Part shown: piece after piece, positions 48,947 to 59,481 of the stretch
Position numbering within the stretch: the first letter of the stretch is position 1
How the letters are laid out: every line of letters starts with the position of its first letter
Source of the DNA: Octopus sinensis
Taxonomy: Eukaryota
Direction: 5' to 3'
Length of the DNA: 64,000 bases
Assembly: GCF_006345805.1 (NCBI RefSeq)
Contig: NC_043026.1
Coordinates: 2,356,001 to 2,420,000, forward strand
The notes under the pieces: model-generated
Told to the model about the DNA's origin: nothing
Seen by the model: the letters and a program-made list of their open reading frames with translations, nothing else
The model's database searches: none
Made by a program: the position numbers and the translations under genes

Positions 48947-50875
48947 GACAGACAGACAGACAGACAGACAGACAGATAAGCGGGTGGGTTTGGATGGCTA
49001 TACGGACAAGTAGTAGTTAGGTAGGTAGAACGTTGGTAATTTCTATTGACATTGAAGACTGAAAAGTTTCCGGTTTCAAATCCTGCCATTCCACAGAATG
49101 TAAGACAAGCGACCAAGTTGTGGCTGTTGGTCTTATAGTATGAAGGAAGAGGGAAAATGCCTTTTCCTTTTTACAGAGAGCAGAGAAATATTGCAGGTGT
49201 TTGTGGTTTTCGAAGCTCTCAGCAGTGGATGGAGGAAGATGTCTTCTCCTTTCAGAGGAGGCCAGTAAAATATGAAGGTGTTGGTTGTCTTCCAGGAAAT
49301 AAGCGAGACGTGAGACATGTGGAAGTCTGTACATAAAAGTGAGTGTAATTTAATACTTTTTTCAATTCTGCATTTATGTGGTCTCTAAGCTGCTGGAAAT
49401 AGTTACCAAATCTCTCTCAAATCAAAGCAAAGATGTACTAAATTAGTGATTCCCAGCGTGGGGCACACATACAGAGCTGGTGAGGCCAAGGAAAATTGTG
49501 GTGGAGTGGGGGATCTAAATTTTTAAAATTCTTTTTCTTATTTCAGTCATTTGACTGTGGCTATGCTGGAGCACCGCTTTGACGGCTTTTTAGTCAAACA
49601 AACCGACCCTAGGATTTATTCTTTCAGCTAAGTAGTTATTGTATCGGTTTCTTTTGCTGAATTGCTAAGTTACGAGGACGCAAACGCACCAACAACTGTT
49701 GTCAAGTGGTGATGGAGGGATAAACACAGGCACAGAGGCACACACACACACACACGACGAGCTTCTTTCAGTTTCCGTCTACCAAATCCACTTACAAGGC
49801 TTTGGTCGACCCGAGGCTTTGGTAGAAGACACTTGCCCAAGGTTCCACGCAGTGGTTCAGAATCCGGACCCATTTGGTTGGGAAACAAGCTTCTTACCAC
49901 CACAGCAAACATTCTACACCAACCACTGATGGGGGTGGGGGATACATTGTTCTGGAAAGTTGTAAGGGGGTCAGCAGGAAAATAGGTTGGGAACTACTGC
50001 ACTAGATAATATCATTTTCCCAACTGCATGGTTCCAGGTTCAGTCCCACTGCGTGGCACCTTGGGCAAGTGTCTTCTGCTATAGACTCAGACCAACCAAA
50101 GCCTTGTGAGTGGATTTGTCAAATGGAAACTAAAAGAAGCCCGTTGTGTGTGTGTGTTTCTTCCCACCCTTCCGTTTTGACAACCGGTGTTAGTTTGTCT
50201 ACGTCCCCATTAACTTAAGGGTTCAGCAAAAGAGACTGTTAGAATGAGTACCAGGCTTTTAAAAAAGAGTAATGATTCGATATGTTCGACTTAAAGATGG
50301 TGCTCCAGCATGGTCGCAATCAAATAACTGAAACGTGTAAAAAAAGACATCCATAAAAAGATTGGATGGTCACGACCGAAATGCCTTTGATCATAGGTCT
50401 GTATAGTCAGGGTTGGCCAGCGCCGCCTTCAGACTGGGCAGCTGCCTAGGGGCCTCACGGATTTAGGGGCCCCTGATTCTGATTTATGTATGATGTGGCT
50501 TGCTATTAGCGAATAAATACTAGAGGCCCCAGTGCTTTGATTTACCCGGGGCCTATAAAGGTGCTAAAACAGTGTTGGAGTTGACCTGGGGTTAAACATC
50601 AACAACAACCACCACCCTCCGCCACCACCAAAATAAGAATCTGACCACCAGCCCCTCCACCACTATGCCAAAAACCAGAGCTATAACGACAACAACAACA
50701 TAAATAATAAGAACAACGGAGATCCTACCAGTTTAATCATATCGGAGGCTCCTTCTTTTGCCCTGAGATCATTATGGAATTGAAGGACGAATTGGCGCAA
50801 GTGTTCGGAGTCAAGGAGGTCAGCAGATATGAGGGGCGACACGGCCAAAAGCAGGACACACAAACGCAAATACAT
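38739..50875 (-). CDS. Secreted CAP/SCP-domain + ShKT protein (CRISP-like), 6 coding exons, 237 aa
   Basis: Manual splicing gives MYLRLCVLLLAVSPLISADLLDSEHLRQFVLQFHNDLRAKEGASDMIKL/AWSKQLATEANKWAHKCMFDHQRKGRGENLAFDSNAGTIKDLIQSEMQGWFNEKRDFYRSASSCGSSCHYTQ/MVWANTTHVGCSAINCPSLQAFGRSVSNAKYLVCFYYPR/GNIGNNIYTPGRACSKCPANFGRCSKGLCNG/GHSGDVAAMD/PCPDLNKNCKMWADMGECNNNPNYMRTNCRKSCRSC*. Exon lengths 147+216+116+92+30+113=714 nt, intron phases 0,0,2,1,1, all GT-AG, no internal stop. CAP motifs HNxLR, GENL, WxxE, HYTQxVW and VCxYxPxGN are present. Confidence 0.93.
39229..39257 (+). mobile_element. Helitron 3' terminus
   Basis: Hairpin CCGG-GTGAAA-CCGG (39230-39243) followed about 10 nt later by CTAG|T (39253-39257). 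Confidence 0.55.
40270..40415 (+). mobile_element. RT core fragment of a third PLE lineage
   Basis: FDVSVGNYNRDEIADLVGLYIL...ALSRDDG resembles the FDVTMGSxDGAExCELVGLYxL...GLYRDDG RT type. Confidence 0.6.
41134..41163 (-). CDS. CAP-ShKT coding exon 5, 30-nt phase 1-1 microexon (GHSGDVAAM linker)
   Basis: ctatcttttcacag|GAGGACATTCAGGTGACGTAGCAGCCATGG|gtaagt: pyrimidine-rich acceptor, consensus donor, frame-preserving. Confidence 0.7.
41690..41940 (-). mobile_element. LINE RT fragment (RTE-like)
   Basis: LCRVLQESGINGKLLVAVKSLYQCTDVCVRING. Confidence 0.7.
42250..42690 (-). mobile_element. RTE (BovB-like) LINE 3' end
   Basis: CLYGELTEGKRPRGAPLRLYKDQLKSTLKK. Confidence 0.75.
43517..43608 (-). 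CDS. CAP-ShKT coding exon 4 (end of CAP domain and Cys-rich hinge)
   Basis: ctttgtaatttttag|A GGA AAC...TGT AAC G|gtaaga, 92 nt, GNIGNNIYTPGRACSKCPANFGRCSKGLCN. It completes the YxPxGN motif. Not in the ORF track. Confidence 0.92.
43685..44190. mobile_element. Tc1/mariner-superfamily (Tc2-like) non-autonomous element
   Basis: TA|CCGTAAATCCTCGAGTATAATCCGC ... GCGGACTGTACTCGAGGATTTACGG|TA: ~25-bp TIRs, TA TSD, 506 bp. It lies in the intron between coding exons 3 and 4. Confidence 0.85.
44560..44905. repeat. (GAAA)n/(GA)n microsatellite
   Basis: Direct inspection. Confidence 0.97.
44961..45076 (-). CDS. CAP-ShKT coding exon 3
   Basis: ttttctacgtccacag|ATGGTCTGG...TATCCCAG|gttggt, 116 nt, MVWANTTHVGC...YLVCFYYP. 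Confidence 0.93.
46400..46900 (-). mobile_element. Decayed R4-type non-LTR fragment
   Basis: gacattgacataatacaccggaaggagggcgtggcctgacacgaatagaaaac corresponds to DIDxxxxRKEG(G)RGLxRIEN with a frameshift. Confidence 0.45.
47192..48196 (+). mobile_element. Helentron-associated (HINE/DINE-like) element enclosing a Gypsy integrase-tail fragment
   Basis: 5' ttattaccttcgcc and 3' gacggaggt sub-terminal inverted repeat with a short hairpin. gggatcgatccggtaccg is repeated at 47346 and 48037. 47780-47945 encodes HVFVRNDVLEPPLTAPNAGPFRFLSGTDKFFTVDLNGRKETISVDRLNKA. Confidence 0.6.
48583..48798 (-). CDS. CAP-ShKT coding exon 2
   Basis: tatctacag|GCT...ACTCAG|gtaaat, 216 nt, AWSKQLA...GENLA...WFNEK...CHYTQ. 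Confidence 0.95.
48805..48980. repeat. (GATA)n/(GACA)n microsatellite abutting the exon 2 acceptor
   Basis: Direct inspection. Confidence 0.97.
50729..50875 (-). CDS. CAP-ShKT coding exon 1 (signal peptide and start of CAP domain)
   Basis: Acceptor tctcgtttcag|CCAAAC-ATG (exon starts 50881, so an upstream 5'UTR exon is implied). Hydrophobic leader MYLRLCVLLLAVSPLISA, then HNDLRAKEGASDMIKL. Donor CTG|gtagga. Confidence 0.93.
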
Positions 50876-52278
50876 GTTTGGCTGAAACGAGATAAGCATC
50901 AATTTAGATTATTCATCGGAGTAATTGTCAATTAAGATGGCCAGCTGAAAGCATTATTAACATGCCGGGCTAAATGTTTAGCGGTAGCTGGCAGAGTGGT
51001 TAGCACGCCGGGCGAAATGCGTAGTCGTATTTCGTCTGTCATTAAGTTCTGAGTTCAAATTCCGCCGAGGTCGACTTTGCCTTTCATCAATTCGGGGTCG
51101 ATTATATAAGTGCCAGTTGCGCACTGGGGTCGATGTAATCGACTTAATACGTTTGTTTGTCCCCTCTGTGTTTGGCCCCTTGTGGGTAGTTAAGAAATAG
51201 GTATTTCGTCTGTCTTTATGTTCTGAGTTCAAAGTCACCAAGGTCGACTTAGCCATTGCTGTTTGTTGTTTGTTTTGTTTGTTGAGCGAAGCGGTCTTCG
51301 TTCCAGAGTGGGAGAAGTCCGAAACGTGGTCCTTTGCTATTCGTAAGACCCGCAGAAGAGACAGCAGGTCAACCCCCGACACCGATGGATGAATGTGCAT
51401 CCAGGCTCAGCGGTTGCGTAGGAAGACGGGGACAAGAAACAGGAAGAAAGGGTGAGAGAAAGTTGGGGTGAAAGAGTACAACAGGGGCCGCCACCACCCC
51501 CTGCTAAAGACTCGTGGAGCTTTAGGGGTTTTCGCTCAATAAACACACACAACGCCCGGTATGGGAATCGAAACCGCGATCCTCCGACCGCGAGTCCGCT
51601 GCCCTAACCACTGGGCCATTGCGCCTCCTTGCGTTTGCTGTGGAAAAGGAGGAGGGATCATCATGAGTTGCCGGTTGCCTGGTCTCTTGTGCCAATGGCA
51701 AACATGCTCCAATCATAGAAATTAATCCATGCTCAGTCTGGAGCCTTCCATAGGTTTCCTGACTCAGTTGAACGCAACACGTGATTGCAAGTGAAGCTTG
51801 AAAAGTGTCTTCACTGCCCGACTGCATTCTGCAAACTAATCAAGCGTAACAAGCAGCGTTTAGCAGGCAATCTTCAAAGCACTCTTACAGCAATGTTCAA
51901 TGGGGAATAAGAAAACTTGGCTTCTTTCCATGTCTAACACGTAGAGTAATGATATGCAAAAGTGAAGAAAGAAATAATCTAACACAGTTATAACTGTCTC
52001 TCCTGAAACAAAAATCTCAAAACTTATGCAATGCAACTCGTAAATAACCAGAAAAGAGGGTATACATATGCAAGTCCCCATAACTTGGCGGTTCAGCAAA
52101 AGATCCGATAGAATGAGTACCAGGCTTTAAAGAAATAAATATTGGGGTTGATTCATTCGACTAAAAATTCTTCAAGGTGGTGCCCCAGCATGGCCACAGT
52201 CTAATGGCTGACACAAGTAAAAGAAAAAAGATGTGTGATGTGTGATGTGTGTGTGTGTGTGTGTGTATACATGCATAC

Positions 52279-52332
<54 letters not shown>

Positions 52333-52357
52333 GTATATATATACACATATATATACC

Positions 52358-52411
<54 letters not shown>

Positions 52412-52732
52412 ATATATATAATGTATGTATATACATATATGTCAATTGTTCAAACCGTTCACATGGAGAAAGGTGTTCGCCTCCATTTTGGAAAACCAGC
52501 GTAGTGTTGTGCTCTCGATATATATATATATTATATATATATATATATACTACAAAATTAGAAAATGGAGAAACATACTTAAATCAATAAAACATCAACC
52601 ATCAGATGATACCCAATCAATACTTTATTACACCATTACATAAAAGTAAAGGCAATATACAAAATATATTGTAAATATACATAGACAAGGGGATAGAAAT
52701 ATGAAATATAAAATATATGTAATTATATCATA

Positions 52733-52842
52733 TCTGACAGCTGTTTCGGCGGTAAGGGCAATCATGCCTCATTTAACCTATAAGCCATAAAGGCAGGTAT
52801 AAATGAGGCATTAACAAGGATGCCCCACAGCCTCTTCAGAGA
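52733..52842 (-). ncRNA. Type I hammerhead motif with extended stem II (copy 1)
   Basis: Minus strand TCT-CTGAAGA-GGC...GCC-GAAAC-AGCT-GTC^AGA. Stem II contains ggggca/tgccct and a perfect 12-bp atgcctcattta/taaatgaggcat helix. Stem I is only 3 bp. Confidence 0.65.
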
Positions 52843-53689
52843 ATTTAATTTATTATAATTGTGAAAAAAATTTTTTCCCATATACATATAAATATAAAAA
52901 TGTAAAATATATATACTCATTGATACAATAATGCAAGATAAACAAAACAAAATAAAACAATATATATATCAGTATATATATTAATAGGCACAGTTATTCC
53001 ACATATTAGGCTAATAGTTCTAAAAACTAACATATAAGAAAATATATGCACACTACTATTTAAATTAAAATCAGACCTATACCTGAAAAATAATAAAAAC
53101 CATAGTTCAGTTCATAAAATTATAAACTTTAAAAGTCAATAAAATTACTATTAATACTAATAATAATAATAATAATAATAGATACAGTTATGTCTGCACC
53201 AAGTACATCCTTCCGAAATCGATATAACTATGAGTTTATATATACTGTAACTAATCTAGTATGTATATAACGCATTAACAGAATTATTTGAATGTAGAAC
53301 ATATCTTGTAACAGTTGTTCTGTCTGTCAGTCTGTCTGTCTCTCTTCCCTCTCCCTCTCCCTTTCTCTCTCTCTCCCCCTCTCTCTCTCTCTCTCTCTGT
53401 CTCCGAGTTCGAATCCCACAGAGCGCTTAACTTTACCTTTCATCCCTATCACTCGTTATAATAAAATACCAATGTGCGGTCGGTGGGATTGTGAGAAGGC
53501 TCAGATGAAATGTTGTTCTGTGAATCAGGGCTGGCATCGAGAATACATTTATTGGCAGGGTTACTTAGCTTGCTTTTAAGTTGGCAAAGGCAGTCAGCTT
53601 TCTGCTCCCTAATCGTACATATCTGTCTGTCTGTCTGTCTATGTATCTATGGCCGCAGTCAAATGACTGAAACTAATAAAAAAAAAGGA

Positions 53690-53738
<49 letters not shown>

Positions 53739-53830
53739 GTATGTATATACATATATGTCAATTGTTCAAACCGTTCACATGGAGAAAGGTGTTCGCCTCC
53801 ATTTTGGAAAACCAGCGTAGTGTTGTGCTC

Positions 53831-53897
<67 letters not shown>

Positions 53898-54079
53898 TAC
53901 AAAATTAGAAAATGGAGAAACATACTTAAATCAATAAAACATCAACCATCAGATGATACCCAATCAATACTTTATTACACCATTACATAAAAGTAAAGGC
54001 AATATACAAAATATATTGTAAATATACATAGACAAGGGGATAGAAATATGAAATATAAAATATATGTAATTATATCATA

Positions 54080-54189
54080 TCTGACAGCTGTTTCGGCGGT
54101 AAGGGCAATCATGCCTCATTTAACCTATAAGCCATAAAGGCAGGTATAAATGAGGCATTAACAAGGATGCCCCACAGCCTCTTCAGAGA
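54080..54189 (-). ncRNA. Type I hammerhead motif with extended stem II (copy 2, in tandem duplication)
   Basis: Matches 52733-52842 at an offset of 1347 bp. Confidence 0.6.
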
Positions 54190-55038
54190 ATTTAATTATT
54201 ATAATTGTGAAAAAAATTTTTTCCCATATACATATAAATATAAAAATGTAAAATATATATACTCATTGATACAATAATGCAAGATAAACAAAACAAAATA
54301 AAACAATATATATATCAGTATATATATTAATAGGCACAGTTATTCCACATATTAGGCTAATAGTTCTAAAAACTAACATATAAGAAAATATATGCACACT
54401 ACTATTTAAATTAAAATCAGACCTATACCTGAAAAATAATAAAAAACCATAGTTCAGTTCATAAAATTATAAACCTTTAAAAGTCAATAAAAATTACTAT
54501 TAATACTAATAATAATAATAATAATAATAGATACAGTTATGTCTGCACCAAGTACATCCTTCCGAAATCGATATAACTATGAGTTTATATATACTGTAAC
54601 TAATCTAGTATGTATATAACGCATTAACAGAATTATTTGAATGTAGAACATATCTTGTAACAGTTGTTCTGTCTGTCAGTCTGTCTGTCTCTCTTCCCTC
54701 TCCCTCTCCCTTTCTCTCTCTCTCCCCCTCTCTCTCTCTCTCTCTCTGTCTCCGAGTTCGAATCCCACAGAGCGCTTAACTTTACCTTTCATCCCTATCA
54801 CTCGTTATAATAAAATACCAATGTGCGGTCGGTGGGATTGTGAGAAGGCTCAGATGAAATGTTGTTCTGTGAATCAGGGCTGGCATCGAGAATACATTTA
54901 TTGGCAGGGTTACTTAGCTTGCTTTTAAGTTGGCAAAGGCAGTCAGCTTTCTGCTCCCTAATCGTACATATCTGTCTGTCTGTCTGTCTATGTATCTATG
55001 GCCGCAGTCAAATGACTGAAACTAATAAAAAAAAAGGA

Positions 55039-55105
<67 letters not shown>

Positions 55106-55575
55106 AGATTAATCAGCCGAAATTGCGAGGATGATTTGGTTCTTGACTGAGGATAGAAAGCTACGAATGACCCGTCCTTGTTTTCTTTGTATCTTTGTAT
55201 TTGGATATTTTGTTGTCCCTTTTTGTGTCACCTAGTTGTCCAGATGTTTTGCGTTCATGTCCTATTTTGTATATTATATACATCCGGACAACTAGGTGAT
55301 ACAAAAAGAGACATACACACACACACTGGCACAGTAGTTAGGGAAGCGGAATCGCAGTCATGGGATCGCGGTTTCGATTCCCATACTGGGCGTTGTGAGT
55401 GTTTATTGAACAAAAACACCTAAAGCTCCACAAGGCTCCAGAAGCGGGGTGGTGGCGAACCCTGCTGTACTCTTTCACCACAACTTTCTCTCACTCTTTC
55501 TTCTTGTACCTGTGTTTCAAAGGGAACAGCCTTGTCACATTCTGCATCACGCTGAATCTCCCTGAGAACTACGTT

Positions 55576-55630
<55 letters not shown>

Positions 55631-57578
55631 CACTCACACATATACGTATATATATAAAACGACGAGGGTACCCAAAATGTAACGACAATGATTGAATGAG
55701 AAGATGCATTGGAAAAATAATCAAGGAATATTATTACTTATGAAAATGGCCATTTATTTAATTGCTTATAATATTAGTTAATAATATTACTGGAATGACC
55801 GAAAAAGAGAGATAGCCATTTCCCTTGTGTCTTTGTGTGTTTGTTAATCAAAGTAGGTAAACCGTGAACAATGGAAGGCGTGCAATTCTTGAGTCTCGCA
55901 TAGAAAGCTACTATTTATGACGACATAGTGCAATTGTTTCAGAAGGCAAGCAATTATTTAAGCCTAGTCGAGAGTCACCAAAAATATAACGAGTGTCATC
56001 AAAATGCAACGAAGAAGATTGAATGAGAAGATGCATTTGGAGAAAGGATTAAAAATTAATATTAATTGTGAAGATGGTCGTTTATTTCGCCTTTAATACA
56101 CTGTAGGTGCACCATGTTAGCGCATGAGTTTTCCCCCTTTAGTAACAGGGCAGTGGCAAGGGAAACAATTCTCGAGGAAATGCAGTGTGCTAAAGGTTTA
56201 TTGTTTATTGTTTGTTTGTCGTTAGATTATAAAACAAACGACATTGTCACATCGTTGTGTGTAAATGCAGTAAAATATATTTGGTGGATCCATGGTTCAT
56301 TGTTTGTGGATGCTAGCTCCATCCCCGTGCCACTATGCAGGTGGAATGAGTAAAAGTGATCTACGCAGCTGGAGATAATAAAAGTTCTACGTTCACACAC
56401 AGAGAGGGCGATGATTTGCTCTTCGGCCAGCGGCGGATGACCGAAAGGCAGACATGGCTAAATTGCTTGTGTTTTTATATGTTTTCTAATTAAAGGAGGT
56501 CAACCGAGAACAATAGACTTTACCAGAATTCTCTGTCTTGATCCTTCTGCGACCAGAGAAAGATCAAGACGTCAATTCATTCCCATCAATCCATTCGTGC
56601 AAAGAGGCGAAAACAGTAGAAATTTCTTTGACAATTAATAAACGTGTGGATTCGGTTTCGAATCCGCCTCGCTGTTCTGCAACTGGTCACTAAGATCAGA
56701 GGGATATTTACACATCACATATACTCCTTCAGATGTAAGGACGAGAAAAAGCATCATCAACAGAACCCCTCCTTACTCACATGGAGTTCGTAATTGTCAA
56801 GTCTAACAAGGTGAATACCTTTTGAATATTTCAAACACATGTACAAAATACCATTTGAATCTACCAACCCAAATTCGGTCAGAGCCTCTTTACTTGTTCT
56901 TGAAATGTTTGTAACGGCAAAGAAATTTATTGCTAAACAGTTTTAAGATGAAATGTCGGCCTCAGCCTTTGTATCGATAATTATTTGTTGCTATGATTGC
57001 ATGTTGTAGGATGTGAAAGGGGAACAATGCATGAAGTTTTAAGAAAGTATTTATTTACCGTTAAGCTACAATACCTTGCCTCGACGAGCAGGTTAATGAT
57101 ACATCCAGAAGCATGCAAAGTAAAGTTTGTGTTTGTGTCCTCTTCATTGTTTAGTAGTAGTAATTGCTGAGAGAGACAGGATGATGTTGTAAGAGAACAG
57201 AATTAGAGCTAGAGAGAATTGTAGGGTGTTGTCTCACAGTTGCTTTCTCCCTCTAACCAGACGTCGTTGAGTCGTCACCACTGTGACGAAGGATAGATAT
57301 ATCATTGAGAACAATAGATTTAGTTGGTGGTCTTGTTATCTCTATTCTAGCTTTTGGTGAAGTGGAAGAGGTTAGAAAGGGTCAAGTGGTGAAGACATTA
57401 TTTCGGCCTAACTAAAGGCATCTGGAAAATGTAAAACTGCTGTCGGAGAAAAACCATTGTTCCACCGTGGGAACAGTTCTGTTGCAGTGTTAATTTAAAT
57501 TTGGCTGTGGTGGATCGAATCCACTTCATGCATGCAAGATTCACTACATGTTCAAAATGTTTAATTCTTACCTGTATC

Positions 57579-57677
<99 letters not shown>

Positions 57678-57799
57678 GCGCGCGCGTGCGTGTAATATTA
57701 GAGGGAAAAGCAAAACCAAGGCAGAACGAGTATTTAGAATGATTTAATTAGAGCAAGGTAAACTTGAAGCCTTCCAGCCGCCTCTGGGATAACCCAAGT

Positions 57800-58030
57800 G
57801 GTAGGTTAGTTAGTCCACGCACTGGGTATTCCGTCATCAGAGACAAGGTATGAATATTTTAGACTGAGAAAATTTACAGTTTACATAAGGAATAAAATAG
57901 AAGAAAGTATTCTACCTTACTCTTTATTCTTCTGTTTTATTCTTTATAAACTGTAAATTTTCCCTGTCTAAAATATTCATACCTTGTCTCTAGTGACGGA
58001 ATACCCAGTGCGTGGACATGCTAACCTAAC
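57800..58030. repeat. ~230-bp imperfect palindrome (MITE-like hairpin)
   Basis: gtccacgcactgggtattccgtca...aagaaagta / tactcttt...tgacggaatacccagtgcgtggac, with arms of about 100 bp and a loop of about 8 nt. Confidence 0.85.
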
Positions 58031-58300
58031 GGACGACCAACTATAGCACTTACTCAGCGTAACTATTCATTTAGACCACAAGCGAACTCACACCACGATA
58101 TTCTCTCTCTCTCGCTCTCTCTTTATATATATCAGTAACGCCCATAATATAAGTAAGAAATATTTATCATAGAAGCATTGAGACTAGATATTTTACACAT
58201 ATTTAGATATATTTAATATCTATCTTTCGTGAAAATTCCAGATGATTGCAGTAAACACGTTGTAAGTTACGAGGAAATAAATGAAGAATCTTCCAAATTG

Positions 58301-59481
58301 CAACAGCCAAACGTTAAGGGTCACTTAGAAAAGCAATGAGAAATGGAACAAGAACAAAAAGGAAACCCTTACTCTTAAGATTTTGTGACCATCCCTTTTG
58401 CTATCAATGCAAAAGAATGGAATAATATTGTTCCATTCGTTTTTCAATAATTCCCAGAGTTCATCTTGGTTCTTTGGATTCCTCCTTCGCGCTCCATCTC
58501 CAATAATCTTCCAAAGGTTTTCTATAGGGTTGAGGGCAGGACTTTCAGGTGGCCCGTCCATGAGATCAACCCCTTCATCACACAAAAAATCTTTGATTCT
58601 CTTCATAGAGTGTTAGGGAGCGTTGTCCTGCACGAAGATAGGAGGTTGAACTGGCGAGGATCGGAGATGTGGAAGGGCATGTTGTCTAGGAAACTACTTG
58701 TAGATTTCAGCATTGAGAGTCCCTTGTAGGCGAATAAATGGAACAGGACTAGCAGCAGACATCATTCCCCGTATCATTACGCTGCCTCCATATTTCACTG
58801 TCTTGTTCACACATGCACGAGATAGCCTTTCGCCACTTTTTCGTCGGAAGTACATATCACCATCGGAACCGATCACATTAAACCTTGATTCATCGCTGAA
58901 ATGAACCTGAGACCACTGTTCTTCTGTCCAAACGATATGTTCGTGAGCGAAATGAAAACAGGATCTTCGATTCTTCTTGGAGATCAGAGGTTTCTTTGCC
59001 GGTGCTCGAGCAAGCAAACCAGAACCTCGTAACCTCCGAGAAACTGTTTTGCGCGATACGTTGACAACGGAAGTAGAGCTAAACTCAGGGAATATCTCAG
59101 CAGCACTCTTAAACCTATTTTTCAGTCACTTGCTAACATTAATACGATCCTGTCTTGGTGAAGCTTTGCAAGGTTTACCGGTTTTGGGTGTAGCATCTGT
59201 CGATCCGGATGACTTAAAACTAGTTACAATTTGTTGCACAACACCTCTAGACCTTCCTACAGTATTTGCTATCACAGAATTTTATTTGCCCTCTCGGTGA
59301 AGGTACACAGGCGTTTGTTTTTCCCTACCGGTCGTCTGTCACAAGCCACCATGTTGACAGTTGAATGGTTCAATAATGTGAAATCATAAGAAGTAACTGT
59401 TAGCCCATTAATAGTCTTCTAAGCAACAAATACCTCGGTTAGTAGTTCATCTTTTCTGAGTGACTTAACTTTTGGCCGCTG
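58301..59481 (-). mobile_element. Tc1-like (DD34E) transposon, decayed
   Basis: KKPLISKKN...WTEEQWSQVHFSDESRF...TVKYGGSVM...SPALNPIENLW. TIR TA|CAGCGGCCAAAAGTTAAGTCAC at 59481, with a decayed partner at 58301. Confidence 0.9.

Larger units (their letters stand above)
52420..55085. repeat. Near-identical tandem duplication, unit about 1.33-1.35 kb
   Basis: 52441 recurs at 53757, and 53510 at 54859. The differences seen are (TA)n length and single-base homopolymer changes. Confidence 0.95.

Noticed and set aside
51560-51630. tRNA-like sequence with A and B boxes (also at 22410, 39601 and 55330)
   Set aside because: No proper acceptor stem, and it continues into a shared SINE body, so it is a SINE head rather than a tRNA gene.
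51860-52000. Candidate 5' UTR exon of the CAP-ShKT gene (donor gct|gtaaga near 51888, TTATAA near 51990)
   Set aside because: The signals are too common in AT-rich DNA to support a call without transcript data.
55140-55180. CTGAGGA-TAG-AAAG-CTA-CGAAT possible hammerhead
   Set aside because: GAAT instead of GAAA, and no stem I or helix III pairing.
55660-56090. Two diverged ~90-bp direct repeats starting cgag(g/t)gt..caaaatg
   Set aside because: They resemble decayed mariner-type termini, but no matching inverted end or TSD was found, and they are too degraded to call.
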